Numbered from the whole stretch's first letter, positions 49,175 to 61,185 are shown. The stretch is 61,185 nt of DNA, filler included, from Sphacelaria rigidula (GCA_964200075.2; 8 parts of 8 records of this genome joined end to end with filler, not necessarily neighbours in it); one strand, 5' to 3'. The notes: a model not told the origin generated them from the letters alone. A program made the numbers and translations.

Positions 49175-52100
49175 AATAGATCTACTGCCATTCACGTATC
49201 ATAGTTATTTCGCTACATTATCCAAATGACGGCACTTTGTCTACCTTCATATCTCAAGTGCAGTTTGTCTGCACTAAACGGTGAAATGACACGGTTACAT
49301 TAAACCAGTTGTACCGCTATATGCTGAAACACGAAATTCAGACACGAAGATATACAGTGTTGTCTAGCGTCGCGAGATCTATCAACTTCCGCAGTACTAG
49401 CGGTAGCAGCAACGGCCTCCGCGACTAGAGCCACAGAAACTGGGCATAGGACCAACAACAACAATAATCAGCCTAAAACTACAACAATGAAACGCGCATT
49501 CCAGCCAAACACTTCTGTGAGTACATTCAACGTACTCTTGGGGCGTGGGCAATTACGATAAGCGACGCACTTTCACGACTTAATGGCATGCGGTAGACAT
49601 TTTGGCCGGTTGGACCAACAATAGTGGCAAGCGCACTTCAGGACCCATCGCTTTTTCGAGGATGGTTAACCGCTGAACTTCCGGTCATACTATCAACGAT
49701 GATTGTTGGCGAACGCCGCACTCAAAATTCTCGACTGTATGAAGCTGATCCGCTATGGCCATCCCAGTAGCTGAATATCATCTCTACTCCACGGTAGCAG
49801 GGGAGGCATCATCCATTCCATCGCCACCGTGTCCAAGGCATTTAGAAATCCGTCGTCTCCCACCAAGAGTTGTGCTGAGGCTAGGTAGACACCTGTATTT
49901 CCACGGTGATTCGTTCAGAAATGAGGTGCTTCTTGTTTAACACATGTAGACTTGGACTACGGGCGGTTGAGTGGTATACACCACATCGCGGTGAAGATCG
50001 CTCAAGTAGACAACCACTTCAGCACATGATCAACACTAATGACTGCCGTAGTGCACGGGGAACTCGCGGGCGTGGGAAAGGCCTTGGCGGAAGAAGCTGT
50101 TGAAGATCGGGCATCATAAGACCTGTGGCACAAGTGACTAGGTCACCTCCATAAGCACATATTGTCAGGTGCAGGGAATATCACGGATACAAGGGTAGAA
50201 AACAAAGGTTTACCTTCATCCCGTGAGGCATGTATCATCAGTGAGCATTCCCAATGCATCTATCTCAACACTATAGACTCCTCGAACAGAACCGAGATTG
50301 ACGGTACCAAAGGCCTGTCATGTTGAATTTACGACCATTAAGTGAGGAAAGCCCAGCTCTAGAAGAAAAAAGCGCCCATCGAATGAGCACCCTAACCATA
50401 GTGGTGACAACCACTCGGGGGAGAAGGGGGGGGGGAGGGAGGCTTCATGGCAAGCGGTAGTTTCAGGCATACCTGTACATTTGTCGATCACAAACAGGTA
50501 CAAGATACTTTTGGCCACGTGATTCGTCGAAACAGTCGCGTACTTGTTGCTGATGAAATACTCGATATCTTTTTCTCCAACTCTAAACAACATATTCGTG
50601 TCAACCAGATCATATTCAATAATTGAGATGCTGGACCATTCTAGTCCCAACAGTTGACCTGAATCGTGGAGTGCACAACCGATGCACCTCCAACATAGGG
50701 TGAAGCCTTCACTCGTGGAAACATTGTGGCGTGCCATATCCGGCGACCCGACGACATCCGGCGAAGTTACAGCAGTCTCTTAAAAGGGGGGGGGGATTGA
50801 CGAAATCAGCGCCTGTTTGTTCGTTTGTCCATCGTGAACATTGTATGGGATTCTGTATCTCGGCCGAATGTAATCGGGTTGAAAACCTAGACACGGTATA
50901 TATTGTCATCACGAGAAAGGGCGTTTACCCTTGGTAAGGCGGCGTTGATTGAATACTCCATTGTTCAGGAAAAACTGGATGGGACTAGGCATGTATAGTC
51001 CACCATCTGAAAAACGGCTATGATCCGGTTCACACGAGTGTGCTGCTGTTGTATCTGGATTTCAAAACATACCCGAAACCGGCGAGAAGTTGTACCTCGT
51101 GGTGGCGGGTGCCGAGGAGCTGAAACACCACATTTTCCGCTCCTCAGCCAATGGAAGAACCACGATGGACGTACACTGTTGAGGTCTTCCAAAGGTACGG
51201 CGCATTTCCGATTTCCGAACGAAGCCTTACTCTTGATTGCAAGGGTTCATCCCTAGTGTCCCAAGGTCACACAATCCATGCATGGACAGCCAAGCTTACG
51301 CACAATGGCACAGCGAATGCCCACGAGGAAGAGTCATGCATGGCCCTCACCCAGAAGCGTCATCTACGCAAAATCGCTACGATCAGCGATAGCTCATCGA
51401 GGCGGCGGAGCGTTCGGTACCGCAGCACAGCCAATAATATCGTATATGGCGAGTGCTTGTACAATGTACAGCATACATACGAATGTACAGACGGCACACC
51501 ACGGTACATTGCGTAGTGAACCGTACGTATGGTACTGTCTGCACAGTCGGTAGTGTTCTCCGTTCGGTCATGACCCCCCTCCGTCACCCGTTTTGTTCTC
51601 TGTCAAGCGCTTGCATTTTGTTGCGGCCAACTCTATACAGTACGGTACAGAGCACGACTGCAGCATTTCCTGCTGATGCTCCTGTGGGATAGTTTCATTT
51701 TGGACCAGACCACACGCATTCTACCGCCAGAACACTTCTAGTTGGTACGCGCGTCTGGAACATGTGTGGTAGTGCGTTACCATCAAAGATGTGCTGCGCC
51801 GTGCCGTACCGTCTATATATGAGAGCGTACGTTGTACATTGTGTAGGCGCTTGCCACCCAAAATACTGCTGGCAGTGCTGTCTTATTCACGTGTGCCCAA
51901 TCCTTTCAGAGTGTTGACACCCATAGGTCTTCGTTGTTGGCTCCCGTTGCGCTAATTTTGGTCATCCATGCGTGGGTTGTGTGTTGCAGGTAAACTCGGC
52001 GCACTCTCGCATGGCGCGTACGCCACAACACCACCAATACATCACACTGTACTGGGGGAGTCAATATTAGTATACATGTATATGTATATATATATTGATC

Positions 52101-52409
52101 CTGGTGCGTTGGTGACTTTCATGGAACGAATTGGTTGATTGATAAGCTGGTTAATTAACGTACACTATTAATGACTGATACCCAGGAAATCCAGCTACGG
52201 TCGCAACACGGGTGTACATGAGGTAAGGAATACAAACTTCCGCTGAAGGGAACTCTCGAAAGGATCTTCAAGGTCCTAGTCATATGGATGACATGGGCCA
52301 ATACACGGCCGTATTTTTGAAGGATCCCTTGCAGGACGAGCTAGGAAAGGAGGAACAAAATATCTTCAACTTACTTTACGAACAGTAGCACAGGGAGGGG
52401 GGCGCGCGC

Positions 52410-52595
52410 GGGGAGGGGGGGGGAGGGGGGGGGGAACTGGTGCTCTTGCATGCCGTAGTCACATGACCATTGACCTCGCATACCTACAAAGCCGGGACGA
52501 AGCATGCCGGGTTTCGTCTGACCAGGCTCGCAATCAATCACCAAGCGCGGAGCGCCGTGCTGTGTTCGGTGAGTTGCATGAAGTGTGAGAAAAGA
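52410..52595 (-). mobile_element. Second C-tailed retroposon family (SINE-like or sister LINE 3' end)
   Basis: Reverse complement ends GTAGGTATGCGAGGTCAATGGTCATGTGACTACGGCATGCAAGAGCACCAGTT followed by C-runs; homologous to 52981-53137 and 61136-61185. Confidence 0.7.
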
Positions 52596-52980
52596 GATCA
52601 TTCGACCCACAGCGCACTGATTATCTTGCATATGAATGATAGCCTCGAATGAGTTGCCTCATCATCTGGCGTTGCTACTTCCAGAGACAGTCACGGCTTA
52701 TACACTACCTCGTGGGTGTCTCATGATTTAAGTACTACGTAGTATTATCATCTCCTTCGCGCGGAGTTGAGGTTCTCCCACCCCGCACAATATGATTTAG
52801 TTCGACTACCACATTGGTTACCGCAAAAACTCACGGGCGCAAAAGAAAAGGTAAGCTGGTTGCTAGATTACGCAGTGAGTGGCGTATTTCATAGCGTGGT
52901 TGCCAACCGATGCCAACCCCATGGGGTGTACTCAACCCCATCGTCAGTACGTGTCGGGCCGAGCACTGACAGCAGGATGC

Positions 52981-53137
52981 AGCTCACCCTTCACGCGACT
53001 CGCCGAATACGCCACGACGCTTCGCTCTTGGTGGTTGATTGCGATCCTGGTCTGGCGAACATCCGGAGTGCTCCATCCCGGCTTTGTAGGGATGCGAGGT
53101 CAAGGGCCACATGACTATGGCATGCAACGGGTGTACT
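52981..53137 (+). mobile_element. Second-family copy, tail-to-tail with an inverted fragment at ~53145-53194
   Basis: GTGCTCCATCCCGGCTTTGTAGGGATGCGAGGTCAAGGGCCACATGACTATGGGCATGCAAC resembles the LINE 3' end. Confidence 0.65.
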
Positions 53138-53525
53138 GATGATCTTGCATGCCATAGCCATATGGCCCTTGCCCTCGCATCCCTACGAAGCCGGAGGGGA
53201 GGGGGGGATGAGGAAACTTCGCGCTTCTGAAACGACGGTGCGGAGGCACGAGTCAGGCTATCTAGCTCTCCCCATGCGAAGCGCAACGGCCTTCAGTCCA
53301 GCAGGTACGTACGTCGTAGTAGTGCGGGTGGGGTATTGAACCCAGCAGGCCTTTTTTTCTCAGTACCTTCGAATAGATCTCGTACAGGCGAGGAGGTCAA
53401 TGCTCGCTGAGCAGACTTTTACTTGATTAAGTAGCAGTTAACAACAAATTGTGCGAATTGAGGTTTAACTTTGAGATGAGGCTCAAGCCTAAAACAGTGT
53501 CTTCCCCACACTTTCAGCGATGGTG

Positions 53526-53625
53526 NNNNNNNNNNNNNNNNNNNNNNNNNNNNNNNNNNNNNNNNNNNNTTAATTAATTAANNNNNNNNNNNNNNNNNNN
53601 NNNNNNNNNNNNNNNNNNNNNNNNN
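53526..53625. other. Artificial contig spacer
   Basis: 44N-TTAATTAATTAA-44N. Confidence 0.98.
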
Positions 53626-53705
53626 TATTGCTCTGCCAGGTTAAATCCGTTTCTGGGCTGGCCCAGCTCACAGTTGTACACGATTCTGAACATTTTGTTG
53701 TTTAA

Positions 53706-54599
53706 CCGTTAGACGACGAGCGTCGCCTCGGAACAGTTGTACAGGCTAACAGTTCCGAGACATCCGGGGGTTTCCAGAGCTCGGGGGTGGAGGTTTTTGA
53801 GGGGGGGGGAGTGTCTGTACGCAGAGCACCGGAGAAGCTCACGGAGTCAATCATGTGTATTTGGAAGTTTCCCGCGGAAAATTATGAGCCGTGCACGAGG
53901 CCCGAAAGGCGCGGGATGACCATTCTGACCAATAACGGTCGTCAAAATGAGCACGTTCGTTACCGTAGAGGTAGATACCTGTTTGACACATTCGCTGTCT
54001 ACCCTCATAACCCATTTTGATCATTCATAATCAACCATAGATTATATAACCAACACGCAGGTGTTTGAGCATATTCGGTACACTGTTGTGTCTGTCTGTT
54101 CAGTACTGCCTGAACGTCGTACTAGCTCCACACCTCCATCTGGTATCAAACGTCATGGCGCAACACGCGAGCGGCGGCAACGAGTACCCGATGCAGGTAG
54201 ATGTAGACAAGTACTTCGACGGTGAGGCGACCGCCATCGCCGAGCAATTGCTCACGGTAGCCAGGGGCGTTCGCGGCGACAGTCATGGTGCGATATTCAG
54301 ACGCATGCTGCGTACATTCGGCACGTTCAACACTGTAAGATCTAGTACGCTGCAGATCGCACGTGCAGCCGCGGCACGGTACACTACAGACCGCACAGCA
54401 AAAATATGAGGCGTTATAATCAGGGGGTCGACAACCACACCACCGTCTGTGTTATGACGCAACTATGTACCTCTCATGCACTCCCGGTCCCTTCCGCCGT
54501 AGAGTAGGCGCGTTGTGAGTTGTGACAAAGGAATGATCTCGAACCCCAAAAGTGTAGTGTCTACCTCAGTCTACCAGCGGGGGGGTCGCTGTCTAAGGG
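53706..54599 (+). mobile_element. 894-bp piggyBac-like non-autonomous element
   Basis: TTAA|CCGTTAGACGACGA ... TCGCTGTCTAAGGG|TTGA. Confidence 0.8.
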
Positions 54600-56192
54600 T
54601 TGAGAAACAACTACCAACTATTGTAGTTGTACAGGGTGTGAAATCTTTCCTCGCGAACAGATTTCAGATTTTCAAATTCTTCCGGCAGTTGTGAATAAAT
54701 ATCGGTTCGCGCAAAGGGGAACATGCACGAACACAGCAACCGCAGGGGCACGCACACGCAACCGTGTGACACACAACTCAACGCAACCCAACAAAACCTG
54801 AAACTGAGAGCCCCACTGACCTCGTGAATGGAAAACACACAGCTCGAGCCGTAACCGTTGATCAGCTGAGCATGCTACTTTACGTTTGACTTTGCTCAAG
54901 TCCGGATAGGATCCAATGGGAAACAACTACGATACTTGTGTCAAACGTGCGTCGAAAATACCAACACATTGCCGATCAGCGACGGCGCGTTTTCGCTTGA
55001 AAACGTTCGCACGCGGCCACCCTCCCTCCAACACTAGACAAGCTCCCGTCCAAGATTGATGTGTGTGAATGAGCAAGGGATAGCGGTGGAGATAATGCGC
55101 GTGAGCAGGGCGCACCTGCGCATATTTTCTCGGGGCTTGGTACATGATTGGTGCATAGGAGTCGTCTTTCTTCGTCGCGTATTCCATGCGCCGCACAGAG
55201 GGTGAGACCAACTACCACTGCTACAACCACCGCATTTTCGAACGTGTGTGTAGATCTTGCTTGCACCTAGACGAAAAATTTGATTTCGGCTAGACTGAAA
55301 GCGGTCGGGGTAAGCACAAAGCTCATTCAGCGAACTCGCTTTACATGTCTCGATAAGGCACGGCCCTGTCGAAATGGCTACTCTCAGCAGGGAATACTGT
55401 CGCGATGTGCCTGTACGGCAAGGTTGAGTTTGAAAGATGGGTACTGCCTGTTCGCCGTCTTCCCTTGTGAAGCGGTTTCTCCACCAAGTGTAAAGTGTTT
55501 CCCTTCACTTGCCATGGTTAGGTCTCTTTTGACTGCGGCTGGATTCGCTGCCGATCAGTTAATCTGCAACAACTCGTTATCAAGCGGCCAATCATGTGTC
55601 AAATCATGCCTGCCACAACGCGCGCGTGCGTGCGCGGGGGGGGGGGGCATGTTACGTCCCGTCACGTGGCTGGCTTAAGCGCGAGCGACGAGAAAAATGT
55701 CCCAAACCCCATACCTTGTCCTAGCCGGTGTGTAGATACCACGAGTGGCGCTCGCAGCGGTGCGATTACAGCATACTGCCATCAGAGCGGGAAAGAAATG
55801 CCGTAACCGCATGGTATCCAATAGTGTAGTGTTGTACAGTACAAGCAGAAGTGCTGGATATCCACCTACAAGTGCGACGAGTCACGTACCGTTTGTTTTA
55901 AAGCCCCACCGGCATTTCTCCGTTGGAACATGGTATGTTTTCAGTGTTCAACCTAAATTAGTGTCACGTTTTTTATCACCCCCACGAGAATGCACGGTTC
56001 GGTCAACAAACTTTGTCAAACACGTGATCACAATATAACTGGTATTAATCTACGTAAAATTCCCAATGGCATCTACTTCGTTCACTGGGGCCCAACTCTT
56101 CCCACCAAAACGTATGGAATGATGACGGATGTTTGCAAAAAGTTGCACAAGAGCACAAGACAGTTACTGTACAAACACGTTTGTCATTTCCC

Positions 56193-59100
56193 ATGCTGGT
56201 ATCCAAACCCGAAACGAAGGACTTCTTTGTGGGCAACATCTACATTCCCCCAAAATTGAAGAGTAGGGTGCACGATATACAACGGAGGTTTGGAGAGATA
56301 GCAGAAGACGTATATAAGTATTAAAGGCAAGGGAAAGTAATGTTAGTGGGAGATTCCAATGCAAGGGTAGGAAGAGCAGGTCAAGAAGCACACGAAGGAG
56401 TGAGGTATAAAGTTCCTGGAGCATAACGAGACGAAGACGCTGAACAACAGAGCACAAAAGCCAGAGGCGCAATGGACATGGACTCGAAGATGCAAAGACG
56501 AGAGAGAATGCTCCGTTCTTGACTATACAGTGGTGGAGCATGGAAATAGTGAAGAAATGGGAGTAGACGTCTGCGCGGAGCACGTGGGAATCACAGATCA
56601 ATGCCTAATATGGACAGAAAGCCAACAACAGACCAGAGCTATTTAAGATAAATGGGCGGGGTAGGAAGTTGTACAAATGAAGAATCGATGAACTAGATAT
56701 ATATGGGAAAAAAAGAGGAAGAGTTCCAAGAGGAGACGGCCAAGAATGCAGCGAAGTTTGCCGAGCTGTTGGAACGCGTAGGTACAATTGATACCGGAAT
56801 GGGAAGAAATTGGGCAGGAGGGGCGAAAATCATAATAATAATAGAAGGATGGGAGCAGTTGGTCAAGAACACAGCGAGTAAAGTCATAGGGAAGAAAGTG
56901 ATCGTATGCAACAGAGTAGTAAAATGGTGGGATGAGGAAGTGAAAGAGGCTATCAGAGTAAGGAGAGAGGCCCACCACGCGGGATGGATGTCGAGCGAAA
57001 CTACGGCAGGATAAGAGGAGCATACTAAAGCTCGAAAGGAAGTAGAGATGGTACAGCAGAAAAAGAAGGGAGTATGGAAAGACGTCGTGAAAAAAACAAG
57101 TGAAGATTTCGACGGCTGGATGAGACAAATGTGGGTGGGTAGGGATAAAAAGGATAACGGGAAACCAGACAGGAACGATACGTAGACAAGGGGATAGCTA
57201 CACTCCAGGCACAGAACGATGAAATGGTCAGTAGTTCGAAGGGAAAGAGAGAAGTGCTAGTCGAGCACTGCCCTAAACTATGAACACCAAAAACAACCAC
57301 GGAGTTCGACATGGAATTCGAAATAGAATCCAACGCGTGAGCAGAGGCAAATGTAGAGACGTCAAAACAGGAGGGTAGAGTCTCGAAATAATTGCAGAGA
57401 GAATTCACCAGATATGAAGTAAAGGGGTGCGTAGCTAAACTCAAGAACAGAAAGGCAGCAGGGACAGACGGAATAGCGAATGAATTTATCAGGTACGGGG
57501 GAGAGGGAATGATTACCGTGGTGGTTATTATGCTGTAAAGCTGGATCTGGGAAACGAGCACACGCCCAAAAGATGTAGAGAAGGAGTAGTTGTCAACCTT
57601 TTCAAAAAGGTAGACAAGGCTGACCCAGGAAAATATAGAGGAATAACGCTACTGAGCACGGTAGAGAAAACGTTCTGCAGGATTCTGAACGAAAGAGTAG
57701 GTACGATGCTAGAAAAGGAAGAGAAAATCTTCAAGGGACAAGCAGGATTTCAACGAAACCGTAGTTGCATAGACCATGTGTACACACTAGGTAAGATCGT
57801 TCGGGGTAGGAAAGACACCGGGCGGACAACGTACTGTTTCTTTCTAGACGTGCAAAAGGCTCATGACATAGTATGGAGAAATGGGTTGTGGGGAAAGTTG
57901 TGGGAAGCTGGGATCACAGGAAAGATATGGAGAACGGTGAAGATGATGACAGAATATGTGCCGAAAGTGCCATGACGCTAGACGGGGAAATATCGAAATG
58001 TTTCAAGGTTGTGCTCTGTAGGGTACGATTTTCTGTATACCCGGGGTATTTTGACGGGTATTTACCGTCCCCGACAGTTCTGTAAACTCTGTACGACTTT
58101 CATACCGGTACCCGATAGTTCTGCAATCTCTGTAAGACTTTCATACCCTTACCCGATATTTCTGTAATCTCTCCAAGACTCCCGTATCGTTACCGGGGGG
58201 CACGAGTACGCTCTTGATAAGATACCTGATTGCGGGTACGGTTTTGTGTGCAACTTCCATATCCCACCCGACAGTTTCTGTGAGATCTGTAAGCCTCCCA
58301 TACCCTTACCCAACAATTCTGTGAGCTTTGTACAGAATGCTTACCCGTACCCGGAGCGCGGGTAACCTCTTGAAGAAATACCCGATTGCCGGTACCGGTT
58401 TTCTGTAAGTCTCCCATACCGTACCCGACAAGTTCTGTAATTTCTGTAAAACTTTCATCCAGTACCGGTACCCGACAGTTTTGTGAGCTCTGCAAGCCTC
58501 CCATACCCCTACCCGGAGTTAACGTATACCGTTTTAGATATCCCCGACTGCAGGTATGAGCACAGGTATATACCTTGGGGAGGTACGGATATAGGTTCAA
58601 TCCAAACCCAACCTCATGACCTGAACATGTACCTCCCATCGATCAACCCACACAACTCCTTCATTCAAGACTGCACACCAACAATAATTCAATGTGAAAA
58701 AGTTATTTCGTTCGGGATCTGACGGGATACGAGGTACCGCTCAGTGGGAACACGAAACACAGCCCTGCAGACCGTCAGGATGCATCACCCCCAGACTCAA
58801 GTGATCTCTCGAGCGGGGGCGCGGTTCATCTGCCCCACCAGGGGATCAAGTAGCAAGACGCACGTCATCAACGTTGATGGTGGTTGTGTCGTGGCCATCA
58901 AACCCCAGGCCGTTACCGACATGTACGGCATAGACTATAAGCTGCCACCGAAAGTCGTAAAGGCAGTCGGCGAGTTTGTCGCGTGCCAAAAGGCTTCCAG
59001 AGAATGGGCAGCCGTGAATGCTTCGTGTAGGCTTTCTCTGTCAACCCCGTGAAGCCGTTCAGAATTTTCGTGAACTTTCATCTGTATTTCGCCACTGTTG

Positions 59101-61095
59101 TAGTGACGTAGGTCTCACCACAGGGGTGATGATAATATGTAGGGTACGGTTTTCTGTATATCCGGGGTATTTTGCCGGGTGTCTACCGTACCCGATAGTT
59201 CTATAAACTCTGTGAAACTTTCATACCGATACCCGCAGTTCTGTAAGCTCTGTAAGACGTTCATACCCCACCCGATAGTTTCTGCAAGTTCTGTAAGCCT
59301 ACCATACCCTTACCCGATAGTTTTGTGATTTCTGTACAGAATGTGTACCCCGACCCGAGGGGCGGGTATGCCCTAAAAGAGTTGACCGATTGCCGGTACC
59401 GGTTTTCTGTAAGCCTCCCACACTGTACCCGACAAGTTCTGTAATTTCTTCAAGACTTTCATACCGGTACCCGACAGTTCTGTAAAGCTCTGTAATACTT
59501 TCATACCGGTACCCGACGGTTCTGCAAGTTCTGTAAGGAATCTCATACCGTACAGAACGTACCCATACCTTACAGAACACAATCTTGAAGTGGTTTGATA
59601 TGTTACAAGGAGTTGCACAAGGATGTACGTTATCACCCACTTTGTTCAAGGTAATCATTAATGACTTGATAATAGCAATAGAAGCAGCAAAGCAAGAGAT
59701 CAGCGTGGGTGAAGTGGGTAAAGATATGGTATCAAGATTGATGTTCGCGGATGATTTTGTGGGGATTTCAGGAACACCAGAAGGATTACAGACACCGATA
59801 GACAAGGCGCTAGAATGCACTAGGAAATGGAGAGTGGCAGCGAACGTTAACAAATGCACGGTACTCGTCTGTGACGAAGGTAAGAAAATTCTGGTAGAGT
59901 TCAATTGAAAGTAGGACGAAGAGAAATTGACGATCGTAGACCAGTATACATACCTTGGCGTAGATCTCTCACAAAACTGTTCTTGGGATGGACACATGAA
60001 CAAAGTAATAGAAAAGGGTAAGGCACAGATAGGCAAGTTGGACGTGATCTTCAGAGACCCGCACCTAGACGCTAGGATCAAGAGATGTATAATGATGAAC
60101 GTGATCGTGCCAAAGCTGGAATATGCAGGAGAAGTATGGAAGGGGAACGTGAAGTTGGTGGAGAGGTTGGAAATAGTGCAGATGGCAGCAGCTAAGAAAA
60201 TACTTGGATGCTCGAAAACGACGAGTAATACTGCAATGAGAGCAGAGTTGAAAATGTACTCACTTGAAACAAACAGAGACATGAGAAAATTGCAATGGCA
60301 ATATAGCTGACACAGCATGCAGAGAGGGATATATATATTGCCAGCTGTAGTTGATCGGGCTGTACGGAAGAAAAGTGCGGAAGGGAAGGCTGGAATAAGG
60401 GGGGATAAAGAAGTCGAGAAAGTGTGGAAGGAGATCGGAGGAAACCAGGACGAAATACTGTCCATAGATGAAGGCGTGGGGTATAAGACAAAAGCAAGAT
60501 ACATGATGGAAATGAGGGGAAAAGGAGCGCTCAGACGCAAAGTTAACGAGGAAGAGCACCTGAAGATATACGGGCAGTTGAGAGAAAGGATAGGGATGAA
60601 AGCATATTTGCATGGCCCAATGAACGCGGCGAAAAAAATGAAATGGTGATCTCGGATGGGGGACCTACACCTGCCAGAAAGAAGAGATTTACCAGTCGTC
60701 GGAAGGAGGAGAGAGTAGATGGGCGGAACTGCCCCTATGGCAAAGGAATCGAGAGCAGAAGCCATATAGTGGAAGAATGTGAATCATGCAAGGAGGAACG
60801 GGACGTGCTAGAGGGGGAAATGCGGGACGTGAACGAAGATGGCATAAAACCGTTTGATACATTAGACAGTAGGGAGAAAACGATGGCTATACTAGGAGAT
60901 AGATGGTGGCCAGAGACACTGAAACAGGACGGGGATAAGATATGTGACCGGTTGTTGCGTAATGTATCGGAAAAACGTAATGAGCGCCGGAATGTTGGAG
61001 GTGTCGCTATTAGGAGTAGGAACGGTGCTCCGTCTCGAAAGGGATACGTGGTCAATGGTCAAACGAGTACAGCAAGCAACGAATGAGTACGCCCC
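56193..61095 (+). mobile_element. Decayed, 5'-truncated non-LTR retrotransposon ORF2 (APE endonuclease, RT, C-terminal zinc-knuckle-like motif), tentatively RTE-like
   Basis: FFVGNIYIPP and VMLVGDSNARVG (APE); KAAGTDGI, DPGKYRGITLLS, QAGFQRNRSCIDH, FLDVQKAHD, QGVAQGCTLSPTLF, MFADD, YTYLGV (RT); CPYGKGIESRSHIVEEC. Many stops and frameshifts; ends ASNE*-GTACG-C-tract. Confidence 0.93.
58004..59587. mobile_element. 1584-bp TIR element inserted in the LINE RT, built largely of ~40-bp tandem units
   Basis: CAAGGTTGTGCTCTGTAGGGTA vs reverse complement of the right end CAAGATTGTGTTCTGTAAGGTA. Flanks AAATGTTT / AAGTGGTT match at 6/8. Removal rejoins LDGEISK-WFDMLQGVAQG. Confidence 0.88.
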
Positions 61096-61135
61096 CGTCC
61101 CCCCCCCTCTCCCCTCATGCGGCTCCCCGCACACC

Positions 61136-61185
61136 CCACGGCGCCTCGCGCTTGGGGATTGAGGGCGAGCCCCGTCCTGCGAAAA
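61136..61185 (+). mobile_element. Second-family fragment shortly after the LINE C-tail; truncated by the window end
   Basis: CACGGCGCCTCGCGCTTGGGGATTGAGGGCGAGCC matches the reverse complement of ~52525-52560. Confidence 0.6.

Noticed and set aside
58060-59560. ~40-bp periodic repeats next to a reverse transcriptase, resembling a CRISPR array or an RT-associated repeat system
   Set aside because: The units are degenerate and contiguous with no unique spacers. They lie inside a TIR element that disrupts the RT, and no cas-like gene is present
59299-60765. 488-aa minus-strand ORF
   Set aside because: It is the antisense shadow of the LINE RT plus the inserted repeat element

Overview
Eukaryotic, repeat-rich nuclear DNA. 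Long GT-AG introns, a flagellar DM10 gene and the transposon types suggest a stramenopile or brown alga, which is an inference. The window is not one locus. It is eight unrelated contigs of 7560-7561 bp joined by artificial 100-nt spacers (44N-TTAATTAATTAA-44N), so nothing can be inferred across spacers. Host genes are partial: two exons of an IQ-motif/WW-like protein (-), five exons of an EFHC1/Rib72-like DM10 protein (+), and the first coding exon of ATP phosphoribosyltransferase HIS1 (+). Much of the rest is nested mobile DNA: a decayed Ty1/copia element, a decayed APE-RT LINE, tRNA-derived SINEs, piggyBac-like, hAT-like and unclassified TIR elements, and a ~325-bp tandem array. The most unusual signal is a set of retroposons with no poly(A) tail. 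The LINE ends 5 nt after its stop codon in a C-run. Four 47-66-nt copies of that 3' tip sit in G/C tracts elsewhere, one with a perfect 15-bp TSD. One or two further families share the same 3' motif and C-rich tail.
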